Notes: generated by a model not told the origin, from the sequence alone. Numbered from the stretch's first letter, positions 30,301 to 40,655 are shown. The stretch: DNA of 64,000 nt from Candidatus Undivivens industriae (GCA_012514745.1 JAAYZR010000015.1:7479-71478); one strand, 5' to 3'. Program-made: numbers and translations.

Positions 30301-30422
30301 AGTGGGATTTTATACCGCATACACGTTGATCCCGGCCGCATCACCGTCTCAAAATACACGGCCGCAACAATTTGTTTCAGTATAACACACCGCGTTCAAA
30401 AAGCAATAGAAAAATCTTTTGC

Positions 30423-30475
30423 TTCCGGGGACACAATACTTAATTATAATAATTAAGTATTGTGTCCCCGGAATT
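30423..30475. repeat. REP-A inverted doublet at the dnaB 3' end
   Basis: TTCCGGGGACACAATACTTAATT-ATAAT-AATTAAGTATTGTGTCCCCGGAATT; overlaps the dnaB TAA. Confidence 0.95.
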
Positions 30476-31820
30476 AAAACTCTACCCTGGCGTAATTTTC
30501 AAAACGGGTATATTCTTTTATAAAGGAGAGTTTGACCGATCCGACCGGGCCGTTGCGTTGTTTGGCGACTATGATTTCGGCGATACCTTGATTTTCCGGG
30601 GTGGGATTATAATATTCTTCCCTGAGAATAAGCACCACCACGTCCGCGTCCTGCTCGATGGCTCCCGATTCCCTCAAATCCGATAACTGCGGGCGGTGAT
30701 CGTCGCGGCGCTCCACGGCGCGCGAAAGCTGGCTGATGGCGATAACCGGCACGTTCAGCTCTCTGGCCAGCGCCTTCAAAGAACGCGATATCTCGGATAT
30801 CTCCTGCTGTCGGCTCTCGTCCGAACCGCTGCCGCTGCCGCGCATCAACTGCAGGTAATCCAGGATTATAAACTGGATATCATGGTGAGCCTTGAGCCTG
30901 CGCGCCTTGGCGCGCAGTTCCATTACCGAAATGCCCGGGGTATCGTCGATATAGATGGGCGCCTCGGAAAGCCGTCCGGCGGCCGCGGTGAGTTTGGGCC
31001 AGTCGGACGCGGAAAGGTATCCGGTCCTGACCTTATGGGCGTCAACCCTGGCGTGAGAACAAAGCATCCTTTGCACGAGCTGTTCTTTGGACATTTCCAG
31101 GCTGAATATAGCGGTGGGCACTTTGGCGGACACCCCGGCGTATTCGGCCATAGACAAAGCCAAAGCGCTCTTCCCCATGGAAGGGCGCGCAGCCACGATC
31201 ACCAGATCGGACGCCTGCATACCGGAGGTTATCGTGTCGAAATCCAGGAAACCGGTGGGGATACCGGTGACATGCGCCTTCTTCTGGTAGAGGCGGTCGA
31301 TATTCTCTATGCTGTCCTTGATGATCTCTTTCAGGTGGATGGCGCTTCCCCGGTGGCGGCGGTCGCTCACTTCGAAGATGAGTTTCTCGGCGTTATCGAC
31401 CAGCTCGCGGACGTTCCCCTCGTTCTCGTAACAGGAGGAGATGATGCGTGTGGCGCTGCTGATCAGCCCGCGCAGAACGCTTTTATCGCGCACTATCCCG
31501 CTGTAATGACGGATATTGGCCGCGCTCGGCACCGCATTGACCATAGACGCCAGATAACTGGCCCCGCCGGTCTCCTCGAGTATCCCCTTGCGGCGCAGTT
31601 CGTCTGTCAGCGTGATAAGATCAACCGCCTTGTTGACGTTGAAAAGATCCAGTATGGTTTCGAATATCTTGCGGTGGGAATCTTTATAGAAACATTCTTT
31701 GCCGAGGTGCTCCGCGGCGACCGCTATCGCCTCTTCATCCATAAGCATGGAACCGAGGACAGCCATTTCGGCGTCCAGGTTCTGCGGCGGGAGTTTCTCG
31801 ATGGAACTTTCCGTAGGCAT
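30474..31820 (-). CDS. dnaB: Replicative DNA helicase
   Basis: PPQNLDAE, AARPSMGKS, DYLQLM, SDLRESGAIEQDAD and KQRNGP motifs; start taken at MPTESS. Confidence 0.96.
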   Translation of the reverse strand: MPTESSIEKLPPQNLDAEMAVLGSMLMDEEAIAVAAEHLGKECFYKDSHRKIFETILDLFNVNKAVDLITLTDELRRKGILEETGGASYLASMVNAVPSAANIRHYSGIVRDKSVLRGLISSATRIISSCYENEGNVRELVDNAEKLIFEVSDRRHRGSAIHLKEIIKDSIENIDRLYQKKAHVTGIPTGFLDFDTITSGMQASDLVIVAARPSMGKSALALSMAEYAGVSAKVPTAIFSLEMSKEQLVQRMLCSHARVDAHKVRTGYLSASDWPKLTAAAGRLSEAPIYIDDTPGISVMELRAKARRLKAHHDIQFIILDYLQLMRGSGSGSDESRQQEISEISRSLKALARELNVPVIAISQLSRAVERRDDHRPQLSDLRESGAIEQDADVVVLILREEYYNPTPENQGIAEIIVAKQRNGPVGSVKLSFIKEYTRFENYARVEF

Positions 31821-31835
31821 GGTTTTACAAAATGG

Positions 31836-31933
31836 GACGAAAGCCGAAGGATGAAGCGCGGGGCGCGCGAACCGCGACGAAGAGCGAAGAGCATCTCTTT
31901 CGTCCTTCATTCCTCATCATTAGTCTTTCATTC
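31836..31933. repeat. Degenerate 7-bp periodic repeat with an inverted counterpart
   Basis: GACGAAA GCCGAAG GATGAAG...GACGAAG AGCGAAG versus TTCGTCC TTCATTC CTCATCA TTAGTCT TTCATTC. Confidence 0.6.
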
Positions 31934-31935
31934 AA

Positions 31936-32379
31936 TCACTTTTTGACCACCCATACCTTGACCTTACCTTCGACTTCAGGGTGGAGTTTGACCGGCACTT
32001 CGTAGATCCCGAGGGCCCTGATAGGCTCCTCGAGCAGTATGTCGCTCTTCTGCAGGATAATGCCCTCGTCTTTCAAGGCCTGCAGGATATCCACGGAGGA
32101 GATACCGGCGTACAGTTTATCGTCCTCCTGCGTGAGCACCGGCATGGTCAAAGAGAGAGCCTCAAGGCGCGCGCGCGTCTTCTCGGCTTCATTCTTCAAG
32201 GCCTCCAGTTCTTTGGCCTTTCTCTTCATTTTCGCTTCCAGCGCCTTCAGGTTTCCCGGAGTGGAAGGAACCGCCAGCTTCCTGGGGAACAGAAAATTAC
32301 GGGCGAACCCGTCTTTCACGTTAACCATAGTCCCCAGTTTGCCGATTTTCTCGATATTATCGGTAAGTATCACTTTCAT
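31936..32379 (-). CDS. rplI: 50S ribosomal protein L9
   Basis: MKVILT...LGK.G..VNVKDGFARNFLFP. Confidence 0.97.
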   Translation of the reverse strand: MKVILTDNIEKIGKLGTMVNVKDGFARNFLFPRKLAVPSTPGNLKALEAKMKRKAKELEALKNEAEKTRARLEALSLTMPVLTQEDDKLYAGISSVDILQALKDEGIILQKSDILLEEPIRALGIYEVPVKLHPEVEGKVKVWVVKK

Positions 32380-32380
32380 T

Positions 32381-32650
32381 TTAAGCCCTCGAATAAGGTA
32401 ACAGGGCCAGGAACCTCGCCCTTTTGATTGCGGTCACAAGTCTCCTCTGATGCTTGGCGCAATTCCCCGAGAGACGGCTGGAAACAATCTTGCCCCTGTC
32501 CCTCATGAAGAATTCAAGCCTCTTGATGTCTTTGTAATCTATGTTTTCCATCTTGTCGGCGCAGAAACGGCAGATCCTCTTGCGGCCGGAAGAACCGGAA
32601 TCCTTTCTTCTCTTGTTTCTGTTAGGCGTTTTCCTGATTTTCTCTTTCAT
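32381..32650 (-). CDS. rpsR: 30S ribosomal protein S18 (Zn-binding form)
   Basis: CRFC...IDYKD...RGKI...CAKHQR...AIKRAR. Confidence 0.97.
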   Translation of the reverse strand: MKEKIRKTPNRNKRRKDSGSSGRKRICRFCADKMENIDYKDIKRLEFFMRDRGKIVSSRLSGNCAKHQRRLVTAIKRARFLALLPYSRA

Positions 32651-33071
32651 TGAACTTCTCCTCGCTTTCTCCCATCCATTCAGCTTCAGTGGAATGTTCC
32701 ATATTAGTCTCTGCCGGCGCCGCCGCTCCGTCCCTGGCCCCGCCTCCGCCGAGGAATTGCACCCGCTCGGCCCTCACTTCTATCGTGCTGCGTTTTTGCC
32801 CGCTGGCGTCTTCCCAGGAACGCGACTGCAGGCGCCCCTCGATGAAAACCGGACTGCCTTTGCGCAGATACTGATTGCAAGTCTCGGCCTGCTTATCCCA
32901 GACTACCGCCGTCACGAAACAGGTCTCTTCTTTTAATTCCTGGTTCCTGTCCTTGAACCTGCGGTTGACCGCCAGGCGAAGGTTGACCACTCCGGTCCCC
33001 TGCGGGGTATAACGCAACTCCGGATCCTTGGTCAGATTACCGATAAGAAACACCCGGTTAAAATTAGCCAT
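32622..33071 (-). CDS. ssb: Single-stranded DNA-binding protein
   Basis: [19 protein letters not shown]...EGRLQSRSW. Confidence 0.96.
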   Translation of the reverse strand: MANFNRVFLIGNLTKDPELRYTPQGTGVVNLRLAVNRRFKDRNQELKEETCFVTAVVWDKQAETCNQYLRKGSPVFIEGRLQSRSWEDASGQKRSTIEVRAERVQFLGGGGARDGAAAPAETNMEHSTEAEWMGESEEKFNERENQENA

Positions 33072-33104
33072 ATCGCATCCTCCCCCGCCCGGCTAGAAAA
33101 GCAA

Positions 33105-33398
33105 TTACTTGCTCTCATGCACGGTTATAAGCGTCCTCAACACGTTATCGTTCAGTTTATACACCCCTAGTATCTTTTCTACAGCCCCGGGTGCAGCCGA
33201 GAAATCGATCAGATAATAAACGCCCTCCGCGTGCTTCTTGATGGGGAACTGCAGTTTCTTGCGCTCGGCCCAGACTCCCGCCTGCGCCACGGTACCCGTG
33301 TTTGCGGTTATCGTATCCGTAAGCTGCGCCAGAACGGCCTTCCTCTCGTCTTCGGAAAGTTCCGGCTTCATAATCACCATAGCTTCATACTTATTCAT
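33105..33398 (-). CDS. rpsF: 30S ribosomal protein S6
   Basis: MNKYEAMVI.KP...L.FPIKK..EG.Y; rpsF-ssb-rpsR gene order. Confidence 0.95.
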   Translation of the reverse strand: MNKYEAMVIMKPELSEDERKAVLAQLTDTITANTGTVAQAGVWAERKKLQFPIKKHAEGVYYLIDFSAAPGAVEKILGVYKLNDNVLRTLITVHESK

Positions 33399-33461
33399 CC
33401 TGTCTTGCTCCTTTTCTATTCTTACTGTTATCCGGCCCCGCCTGGCTGAGGTAAAACCGGC

Positions 33462-34049
33462 TTAAGACCCCGGGATTTCCTGGCGGAGGGGATTGAAACG
33501 ATTCATCGCCTTCTCCGTTCCTTCCGTAAGCCAAGTCTTGCAACACTCTATAGCCGTCTCCAGTACTCCCGGCAGGGAGCCCTTTTCAAACGGACCGAAT
33601 TTCTCAAGAACGTATACGGCAGCGTCGGTCCCGGCGGACGGCCTGCCTATTCCCATCCGCAGACGGCAGAAGTCTCCATTCCCCAGGGATTCGATTATCG
33701 AAGCTATCCCCTTATGCCCTCCGGAGGACCCGCCGCGCTTGATCCGAAGCGTCCCGAAATCGAAATCCATATCGTCGCAGACGACCAGAAGTTCGTAACC
33801 GCCCTTGCCGTATTTGGCGGCCATGGCCTTCACCGCGCGCCCCGATAAGTTCATATACGTGTACGGCAAGCCCAGGACGACTTCCTCTCCGCAGAAAGTT
33901 CCGCGGGCGATAAATGAATACACGCCGCTGTCCCGCCTGAAAGACAGTCCGGCCTCGCATCCCAGCGCCTGCACCAGAAAGTTACCCAGGTTATGCCTGG
34001 TATTCACGTATTCTTTCCCGGGATTCCCCAGGCCGACGATGAATTTCAT
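33462..34049 (-). CDS. pth: Peptidyl-tRNA hydrolase
   Basis: GLGNPG..Y..TRHN.G, TYMNLSG and GGHKG motifs. Confidence 0.96.
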   Translation of the reverse strand: MKFIVGLGNPGKEYVNTRHNLGNFLVQALGCEAGLSFRRDSGVYSFIARGTFCGEEVVLGLPYTYMNLSGRAVKAMAAKYGKGGYELLVVCDDMDFDFGTLRIKRGGSSGGHKGIASIIESLGNGDFCRLRMGIGRPSAGTDAAVYVLEKFGPFEKGSLPGVLETAIECCKTWLTEGTEKAMNRFNPLRQEIPGS

Positions 34050-34053
34050 CGGT

Positions 34054-34734
34054 TTACTTCTTCTCTTTGTCCTTGGATTCTTCCGCGGGCGTTTCTTTTT
34101 TCTCTTTTATGACTTCCGGCTCGGCCTTCGCTTCACCCTCCGCCGCCGCTTCTTCCTCCGCCGCCTGCACCGTCGGAGCCGCGACCGTGAAGAGCACGCT
34201 TTCCGGTTCGGTCAGGGCCTTTACCCCGGACGGAAGATTCAGATCCTTGACGTGTATGGATTCGCCGAGTTTCAGTCCGCTGATGTCCACTTCTATCTTT
34301 TCAGGGATATCGGTAGGAAGACACTCTACCTCTATTTCCCAGAGGATATGCTCCAGCGACCCGCCTTCCTGCTTTACACCCGCAGGTTCGCCGTTACCGA
34401 TGATCGGCACGTTCAAACGCAGTTTTTTGTCCATCGAAATAGAGTTGAAATCGACGTGGATGATATCCCCGTGCAGCGGATCCAGCTGTATGTCTTTCAT
34501 AAGACAGGGCTTTTCCGCCTCGCCTTCTATCTTCAAGGTCACGAGCGCATTCTCCAGCCTGTGTTTATGCACCAGGTCGAAAAGCTGGCGCATGGAGACC
34601 TGCACGGAGCGCCCTTCCTTGCCTTCTCCGTAAATGACCGCCGGAATAAAACCTTTATCGCGGAGCGCCTTGACCTTGCTCCTGCCGGTCTCGGCCCTGA
34701 CCTCGACGTTAAGAAACATTTTTTCCATTACCAC
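34054..34734 (-). CDS. rplY: 50S ribosomal protein L25/Ctc
   Basis: IPAVIYG, IIHVDF and CLPTDIPE.IEVD motifs. Confidence 0.95.
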   Translation of the reverse strand: MVMEKMFLNVEVRAETGRSKVKALRDKGFIPAVIYGEGKEGRSVQVSMRQLFDLVHKHRLENALVTLKIEGEAEKPCLMKDIQLDPLHGDIIHVDFNSISMDKKLRLNVPIIGNGEPAGVKQEGGSLEHILWEIEVECLPTDIPEKIEVDISGLKLGESIHVKDLNLPSGVKALTEPESVLFTVAAPTVQAAEEEAAAEGEAKAEPEVIKEKKETPAEESKDKEKK

Positions 34735-34858
34735 TACCTCTCTTCCTTATGCAGTACTGCCTTGTGCTTGAATACCGGAGTAAAGCCCGCCGCGGCTGCC
34801 GCCCGGCGGACATTGGCCTGCTTCCGCTGATCGGCGGCCTGGACGCTCGGGGGAAACT

Positions 34859-35797
34859 CTAATCGAACAGAGAGCTTACCGACTCCTCGTTATGTATCCT
34901 TCTTATCGCCTCTCCCAATAGAGCCGCGACCGACAACGTTCTTAACCGCGGATGCGTCCTGTTACCTCCGGAGGGGATACTGTCTGTGATAACCAGTTCC
35001 TCGAGCCAGCGGCAGGCATCCAGGCGCTCCATAGCCGGACCGGAAAGCACCCCGTGGGTAATGCCCGCCCTGATCGACCTGGCTTTATGCTTATGCAATA
35101 TCTCCACTGCTTCGAAAAGCGAACTGCCGGTGGCGACCAAATCGTCTACGATAAGAACATCTTTTCCTTCCACATCGCCCAATATATGCACGACCTCGGC
35201 CTTGTCCGGCGATACCCGCCTTTTGTCTATAATTGCCAGCGACGCCATCAGCCTCTTGGCATACGACCTCGCCATTTTTATGCTGCCGACATCGGGAGAT
35301 ACCACCACGACATTCTGTAATCCCAGGCTCTGAATGTAATCTATGAAAACCCCCACGGCGAACAGATGGTCCACCGGGATATCGAAAAATCCCTGTATCT
35401 GCCCGGCGTGCAGGTCCATTGTCAGCACCCTGTTTGCCCCGGCGGTTGTCAAAAGATTAGCCACGAGCTTGGCGCTGATGGGAACGCGCGGCTGGTCTTT
35501 CCTATCCTGCCTGGCGTAACCGAAATAAGGCATCACCGTGGTTATGCGCTGGCTGGATGCCCTCTTGAGGGCATCGATCATCACCAGCAGCTCTACCAGG
35601 TTCTCATTCACCGGAGGGCACGTCGGCTGAACGATAAAAACGTCCTTGCCCCGGATATTGTCGTTTATCTTTACCCTTACCTCGCCCTCGCTGAATCTGC
35701 CTACCATCGCATCCGAGATATCTATCTTGAGGTAATTGCAGATGTTCTTAGCCAGTTCAGGATGAGCGTTACCGGTGAATACCGCGAGTTTATTCAT
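34859..35797 (-). CDS. prs: Ribose-phosphate pyrophosphokinase
   Basis: YARQDRK, DLHAGQIQGFF and VDDLVATG motifs. Confidence 0.97.
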   Translation of the reverse strand: MNKLAVFTGNAHPELAKNICNYLKIDISDAMVGRFSEGEVRVKINDNIRGKDVFIVQPTCPPVNENLVELLVMIDALKRASSQRITTVMPYFGYARQDRKDQPRVPISAKLVANLLTTAGANRVLTMDLHAGQIQGFFDIPVDHLFAVGVFIDYIQSLGLQNVVVVSPDVGSIKMARSYAKRLMASLAIIDKRRVSPDKAEVVHILGDVEGKDVLIVDDLVATGSSLFEAVEILHKHKARSIRAGITHGVLSGPAMERLDACRWLEELVITDSIPSGGNRTHPRLRTLSVAALLGEAIRRIHNEESVSSLFD

Positions 35798-35886
35798 CTC
35801 TCTCCGATTCCTCCGTATGGCAAAAAAAACTTGGTCTTGGAATGAAGTCTCCCCGGCTTGAACGCCGGGGATCTCTGCGCCGCGAT

Positions 35887-37155
35887 TTACCGCCGCTTAC
35901 TCCTGTTCAAAACCCTCGCCGGCACTCCCGCCACCACTCCTCCGTCCGGGACGCTGCGCCCCCTGGTGACTACGGAACCGGCGCCGGTTTTCGCGCCCCT
36001 GCCTACGCGGACCGGGGCGATCAACACCGTGTCCGAACCGATGAAGGCGTTATCTCCTATCACCGTATTGTGCTTATTGGCGCCGTCAAAATTAGCGGTC
36101 ACCGTTCCGGCGCCGATATTGGCGCCGCGCCCGACGCGCGTATCGCCAAGATAGGAGAAATGCTTCACAAAAACGTTTTTTCCCACGTCGGCGCGCACCA
36201 TTTCTATAAAATTCCCGGCGCAGACATTGTCCGCCAAACGAGTCCCTTCACGCAAATGCGCAAACGGCCCTATCGAACAGTTTTTCCCGATTTTAACATC
36301 CCTTTCTATGACTGTAAAGGGATAAATAACGGTGTCTTCGCCTATCTTCGTGCCGTGATTGATGAAGACCGTCTCCGGCGCCGTCAGGCTGACGCCCTGC
36401 TTCATATAGCTCTCGTTCAGGCGCGCCTGCATTATAACGTTTGCGGCCGCCAGCTCGACTCGAGAATTGACTCCCATTCCCTCGCGATTATCCTTGAGAC
36501 GCATCCCGCCGATCGCCTTGCCCATCGAATACAATATCCCTATGCAATCGGTGAGATAATACTCTTTCTTGCGGTTACGCGGCTTTACCTTCTTCAGGCT
36601 CGCAGCCAGGCAGTCTTTGTCGAAACAGACTACCCCGGTATTGATCTCCTTGATCTCTTTCTGGTAACCGTCGGCCTCCGCCGCTTCCACGATGCCGCTT
36701 ATGGCGGAATACTCGTCCCTGACGATCCTTCCGTATTCGGCCGCGTCCTCCACCACCGCGGTCAGCACCGTGACCGCGGCCCCGCTCCTGCGGTGTTCCG
36801 CGGCCAGCTTCTTCAATGTGTCCGCCTTAAGCAAAGGCATATCGCCGTAAAGCACGATGACGTCGCCGCTAAAGTCCTTAAGCAGACCAAGCGCCTGAGA
36901 CACCGCGGAAGCCGTGCCGTTTATCTCTTTTTGCACGGCGATACGGACATTGCCGGACAGACAGGCGGCGACCTGCTCGTGCTTGTATCCCAAGACGGCC
37001 ACGCATGGTCCGGTCTTGAATTCATCGGCCTGATCCAAAACATATCCCAGCATCGGCCTGCCGCACAGAGGATGCAGCACTTTCGGCAGGCTCGAACGCA
37101 TGCGCGTGCTCTTACCGGCGGCAAGAATTATACAAGCTGTTTTCCGTGAGCTCAT
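35887..37155 (-). CDS. glmU: Bifunctional GlcNAc-1-P uridyltransferase/acetyltransferase
   Basis: LAAGKSTRM.S.LPKVLH and EYYLTD motifs; left-handed beta-helix. Confidence 0.95.
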   Translation of the reverse strand: MSSRKTACIILAAGKSTRMRSSLPKVLHPLCGRPMLGYVLDQADEFKTGPCVAVLGYKHEQVAACLSGNVRIAVQKEINGTASAVSQALGLLKDFSGDVIVLYGDMPLLKADTLKKLAAEHRRSGAAVTVLTAVVEDAAEYGRIVRDEYSAISGIVEAAEADGYQKEIKEINTGVVCFDKDCLAASLKKVKPRNRKKEYYLTDCIGILYSMGKAIGGMRLKDNREGMGVNSRVELAAANVIMQARLNESYMKQGVSLTAPETVFINHGTKIGEDTVIYPFTVIERDVKIGKNCSIGPFAHLREGTRLADNVCAGNFIEMVRADVGKNVFVKHFSYLGDTRVGRGANIGAGTVTANFDGANKHNTVIGDNAFIGSDTVLIAPVRVGRGAKTGAGSVVTRGRSVPDGGVVAGVPARVLNRSKRR

Positions 37156-37339
37156 GCTTTATTCCGGATCCAAATTAAGAGCTTTTTACCGTCATCGCGG
37201 GTTAAAGGCGAAGAACCAGGCTTCCGCCGGGAGTTTTCCTCGTCCGCCGCTGAAACACCGGCGAGACCCCGTAATCCGCCTTTTCAACTCTCTATTTTCG
37301 ACTTTCGATTCTCTATTTTTTTCGCCGGAGGCGAAAAAA

Positions 37340-37410
37340 TTGCCCGGTGAGGACTCGAACCTCAACGCTCAGACCCAAATTCTGATGTGCTACCATTACA
37401 CTACCGGGCA
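37340..37410 (-). tRNA. tRNA-Gln (anticodon UUG), CCA not encoded
   Basis: TGCCCGG acceptor stem (U1-A72), TCAGA-ATTTGGG-TCTGA anticodon arm, GGTTCGAGTCC T-arm; typical ispE-tRNA-Gln-prs context. Confidence 0.95.
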
Positions 37411-37487
37411 GTAGGTTCGTTCCTCCGCAGTGATGCGTAAAAACGCGATTCCCCCGGGATAGGTGTATTTAAAGGCGGCTTCGGGGT

Positions 37488-37910
37488 TTATTCGACGCTG
37501 AATTCCTGATCCGCGCGCATTCCTGTGCCGTCCCGTCTCCTCTCCTGCTCATAGATATCCAATATCTTCTTCTGGAGATATTCCCTGAAGGATTGAGTAA
37601 TGGGATGGGCTATATCTTTATGTTCCGACTGAGCCCCGCCGGCCGCGTCGGTTTCCGCCGGAGCGGAGGTAAAAGGCAGCTGCGCTCCGCACTGGTTGCA
37701 ATATTTACTGCGAATTTCATTCTTGAAACCGCATTTCGGGCAGGCGAATTTAAGCTTACGCGACGGCATGGCGATGAAAACACCGTTATTGCCCTCTATA
37801 ACCTTGATATTCCTGACAACGAACGCGTTATCAAAAGTTACCGTGGCATAAGCCTTGAGCTTCTTGTCGGGCGAGTCTTTCAGGAAGACTCTTACTTCGG
37901 TGATCTCCAT
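37488..37910 (-). CDS. spoVG: SpoVG family protein with Zn-ribbon insertion
   Basis: MEITEVRV...LKAYA.VTFD...F.AMPSR, then CPKC...CNQC, then DIAHPI. Confidence 0.92.
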   Translation of the reverse strand: MEITEVRVFLKDSPDKKLKAYATVTFDNAFVVRNIKVIEGNNGVFIAMPSRKLKFACPKCGFKNEIRSKYCNQCGAQLPFTSAPAETDAAGGAQSEHKDIAHPITQSFREYLQKKILDIYEQERRRDGTGMRADQEFSVE

Positions 37911-38881
37911 CGGCCTACCTCCTTATGCTGTTGCTTCCGGGGTAACGCAGTCCCCGCGGTCCAAACACGCCACCGGCGGTTCATTCCGCTAATCAGACGC
38001 GCCAAATTAGAAGCCTCACGATGTGAAGATACCACGGCGAACACGCAAGAACCGCTGCCCGACATGGCATTAGCTTCTATCCCAAGGCGCGCAAAAGATT
38101 CTTTTACGCGCCTGACTTCCGGATATAAGTCAACAGCAACACTTTCCAGGCCGTTGAATAACTCGCCATTATAGCCGGGAAAAACATGCCGGCTATAACC
38201 TGAATTTATTATTTTAACATTATTTAAAGATTTTGTCAATACGTCTTTCTTGCGGAGAGAGCGCTTTCTATCCCACTCCCGGTAAGTCAAAGGAGTAGGC
38301 GCGCTTACGGAAGGAAAGACCAGAACGTGATAAAAAAACAGTTTGTCCAGCCTGTGTAATGGTTTGATTTTTTCTCCTCTGCCTGTCCCAAGCCCGAAAG
38401 GACATTCGTGAAGAAAAAAGGCCGTGTCCGAACCGATAGAGGACGCTATCCCGTATAACTTGCTGAATGGTAACTTCAAACCGGCCATACGGTTCAACCC
38501 CAGTATCACCGCCGCCGCGTTTCCCGAACCGCCGCCCAAACCCGCGCCGGGTGGAATGTTCTTGCGTATGCTGATATCCGCTCCGGCCTTATCCCGAACG
38601 CCGCAAAGTTTGAATAACTCATCGGCGGCCCGATAGGCCAGGTTGCCTTCATCCTGCGGAACCCCCGGATAACCGCAGGAGACCTTGATAACGCCGTCAT
38701 CTCGAAGCCGGACGCTAATCTCGTCGCACAAATCTATGCACTCGAAAAGAGTGCGGATATCATGATACCCATCCCTGCGCCTGCGCAGGATCTCCAGATA
38801 AAGATTTATCTTGGCGTATGAGGGAAAAACCGCCCGGATCCCCGAGGGTATCTTCCGTAAAAACATGGGTTTGCGCCTCAA
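37892..38881 (-). CDS. ispE: 4-diphosphocytidyl-2-C-methyl-D-erythritol kinase
   Basis: [28 protein letters not shown] and MSGSGS motifs; start codon uncertain. Confidence 0.95.
   Translation of the reverse strand: MRRKPMFLRKIPSGIRAVFPSYAKINLYLEILRRRRDGYHDIRTLFECIDLCDEISVRLRDDGVIKVSCGYPGVPQDEGNLAYRAADELFKLCGVRDKAGADISIRKNIPPGAGLGGGSGNAAAVILGLNRMAGLKLPFSKLYGIASSIGSDTAFFLHECPFGLGTGRGEKIKPLHRLDKLFFYHVLVFPSVSAPTPLTYREWDRKRSLRKKDVLTKSLNNVKIINSGYSRHVFPGYNGELFNGLESVAVDLYPEVRRVKESFARLGIEANAMSGSGSCVFAVVSSHREASNLARLISGMNRRWRVWTAGTALPRKQQHKEVGRWRSPK
38211..38239 (-). promoter_or_regulatory. Sigma70 promoter internal to ispE
   Basis: TTGACA-17 nt-TAAAAT with TGn, in an AT-rich patch of the ispE coding sequence. 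Confidence 0.7.
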
Positions 38882-39813
38882 CCGCGGATGCTTTCCAAAG
38901 CCGCTCTTTCCACGTCTTCTGCGGTAAGTTTATAGCTTTTGATCAGCTCATCCGGATCGCCGGACTGCCCGAACCTTTCCTTTATAGCGACAGCGGCCAC
39001 CCTGCCGCAATAACCTTCTTCCTGCAAGGTTTCCGCGACCGCCGAGCATAACCCGCCGACTATAGAATGTTCTTCACAGACCACTATGCCGCGAACCGTC
39101 CCCGCCGCCTCTTTCACCGCGTCCGCGTCGAAAGGCCTCAAGGTATGCATATTGATCACGCGCGCCCGCACGCCTTTGCCGGCCAGCTTTTCCGCGGCCT
39201 TCAAGGCGTTACCTACCATCATACCGCAGGCGATAATGGCGACATCGCCGCCTTCCCGGAGCACCTGCGCCTTGCCCAGGCGAAAATCCTCCGTTCCCTC
39301 TATCGTCGGGACCTTCGCGCGGCCCAGGCGTATGTAAAAAGGCCCCGGGGTCTCCGCTGCCGCCAGCACCGCCGCTTTAGTCTGCGGACCGTCGCAGGGA
39401 ACGACCACGTTTATTCCAGGTATCACGCGCACCAAAGCCAGATCTTCCAGCGCCTGATGGCTCGCCCCGTCAGGCCCGACCGTCAATCCGGCGTGAGTGG
39501 CAACTATCTTAACATTCAAATGATTGTAGCATATCCCGTTGCGCACCTGGTCCCAGGCGCGGCCGGTGGCGAAGATGGCGAAAGTGGAAGCGAATACCGT
39601 TTTGCCGGACACCGCCAGCCCGGCGGCGACGCCCATCAGGTTTTGCTCCGCCACCCCCATATTGAAAAACCTCTCCGGGAACGCCTTGGCGAACAGACCG
39701 GTCCTGGTGGAGCTGGAAAGATCCGCGTCCAGCACCACTATATCCGGATTCTTGCCGCCCAGTTCCACGAGAGTCTTGCCGTAAACATCCCTTTGATAGA
39801 ATAATTCAGCCAT
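38878..39813 (-). CDS. Transketolase, C-terminal subunit
   Basis: DADLSSST, GVAEQN, GPDGASHQ and EEHSIVGG motifs. Confidence 0.93.
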   Translation of the reverse strand: MAELFYQRDVYGKTLVELGGKNPDIVVLDADLSSSTRTGLFAKAFPERFFNMGVAEQNLMGVAAGLAVSGKTVFASTFAIFATGRAWDQVRNGICYNHLNVKIVATHAGLTVGPDGASHQALEDLALVRVIPGINVVVPCDGPQTKAAVLAAAETPGPFYIRLGRAKVPTIEGTEDFRLGKAQVLREGGDVAIIACGMMVGNALKAAEKLAGKGVRARVINMHTLRPFDADAVKEAAGTVRGIVVCEEHSIVGGLCSAVAETLQEEGYCGRVAAVAIKERFGQSGDPDELIKSYKLTAEDVERAALESIRG

Positions 39814-39833
39814 AGAATTTTTCTCCGCGACGG

Positions 39834-40655
39834 CTACGCCAATTCCTTCAACGCCTGTTCCGTCTCTTCTTTAGTGGGCGCGCGCCCGTGGAACTCCACG
39901 TTATTTTCCATGAAAGAAACGCCTTTACCTTTTATGGTATGGGCGATAATCACGCTCGGCCTTCCTTTTACTCCGGCGGCTTCTTTATAGGCGCCGAGAA
40001 TCGCCGCCATGTCGTGCCCGTCTATTTCGATCGCGTGCCAGCCGAAAGCCTCCCATTTGGCCTTTATCGGCTCAAGGCCCATTATATCCGACGTCCTGCC
40101 GTCTACCTGCAGCCCGTTATGATCGACTATGCCGCAAAGATTATCGCATTTGTAATGAGCGGCGGACATCGCGGCTTCCCAGATATTGCCTTCCTGTGTC
40201 TCGCCGTCTCCCATCAACACGTAAATCCTGCTTTGTCTGCCGTCCAGCCGCGCCGCCAGCGACATACCCACACCCACGGAAAGCCCCTGCCCGAGAGACC
40301 CGGAGGACAATTCTACTCCCGGAGCGCGCCTGTCCGGATGACCCTGCAGTATGGAGCCGAATTTACGCAAAGTGGACAGCTCGCACTGCGGCATGTAACC
40401 GTCCGCCGCCAACACCGAGAACCAAAGCGGACAGCAATGCCCTTTTGACATATGGAACCTGTCTCTGTCGGGCCACGCGGGATCGGACGGGTTATGCCTC
40501 AGCACGGAAAAATAAAGAGCGGTAACCAGATCCGCGGAAGAAAGACTTCCCCCGGGATGCCCGGAGCCGGCGGCAGATACCATCTGGATTATGCTTCTTC
40601 TGATCTGCCTTGCCTTTTCTTGAAGTTGCCGTATATCTAAAGTTTCATTTCCCAT
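39834..40655 (-). CDS. Transketolase, N-terminal subunit
   Basis: SGHPGGSLS, SKGH, LQGHP and GDGE..EG..WEA motifs. Confidence 0.93.
   Translation of the reverse strand: MGNETLDIRQLQEKARQIRRSIIQMVSAAGSGHPGGSLSSADLVTALYFSVLRHNPSDPAWPDRDRFHMSKGHCCPLWFSVLAADGYMPQCELSTLRKFGSILQGHPDRRAPGVELSSGSLGQGLSVGVGMSLAARLDGRQSRIYVLMGDGETQEGNIWEAAMSAAHYKCDNLCGIVDHNGLQVDGRTSDIMGLEPIKAKWEAFGWHAIEIDGHDMAAILGAYKEAAGVKGRPSVIIAHTIKGKGVSFMENNVEFHGRAPTKEETEQALKELA

Noticed and set aside
31821-31910. 30-aa N-terminal extension of DnaB
   Set aside because: It is a read-through of the heptamer repeat tract; homology starts at MPTESS/PPQN.
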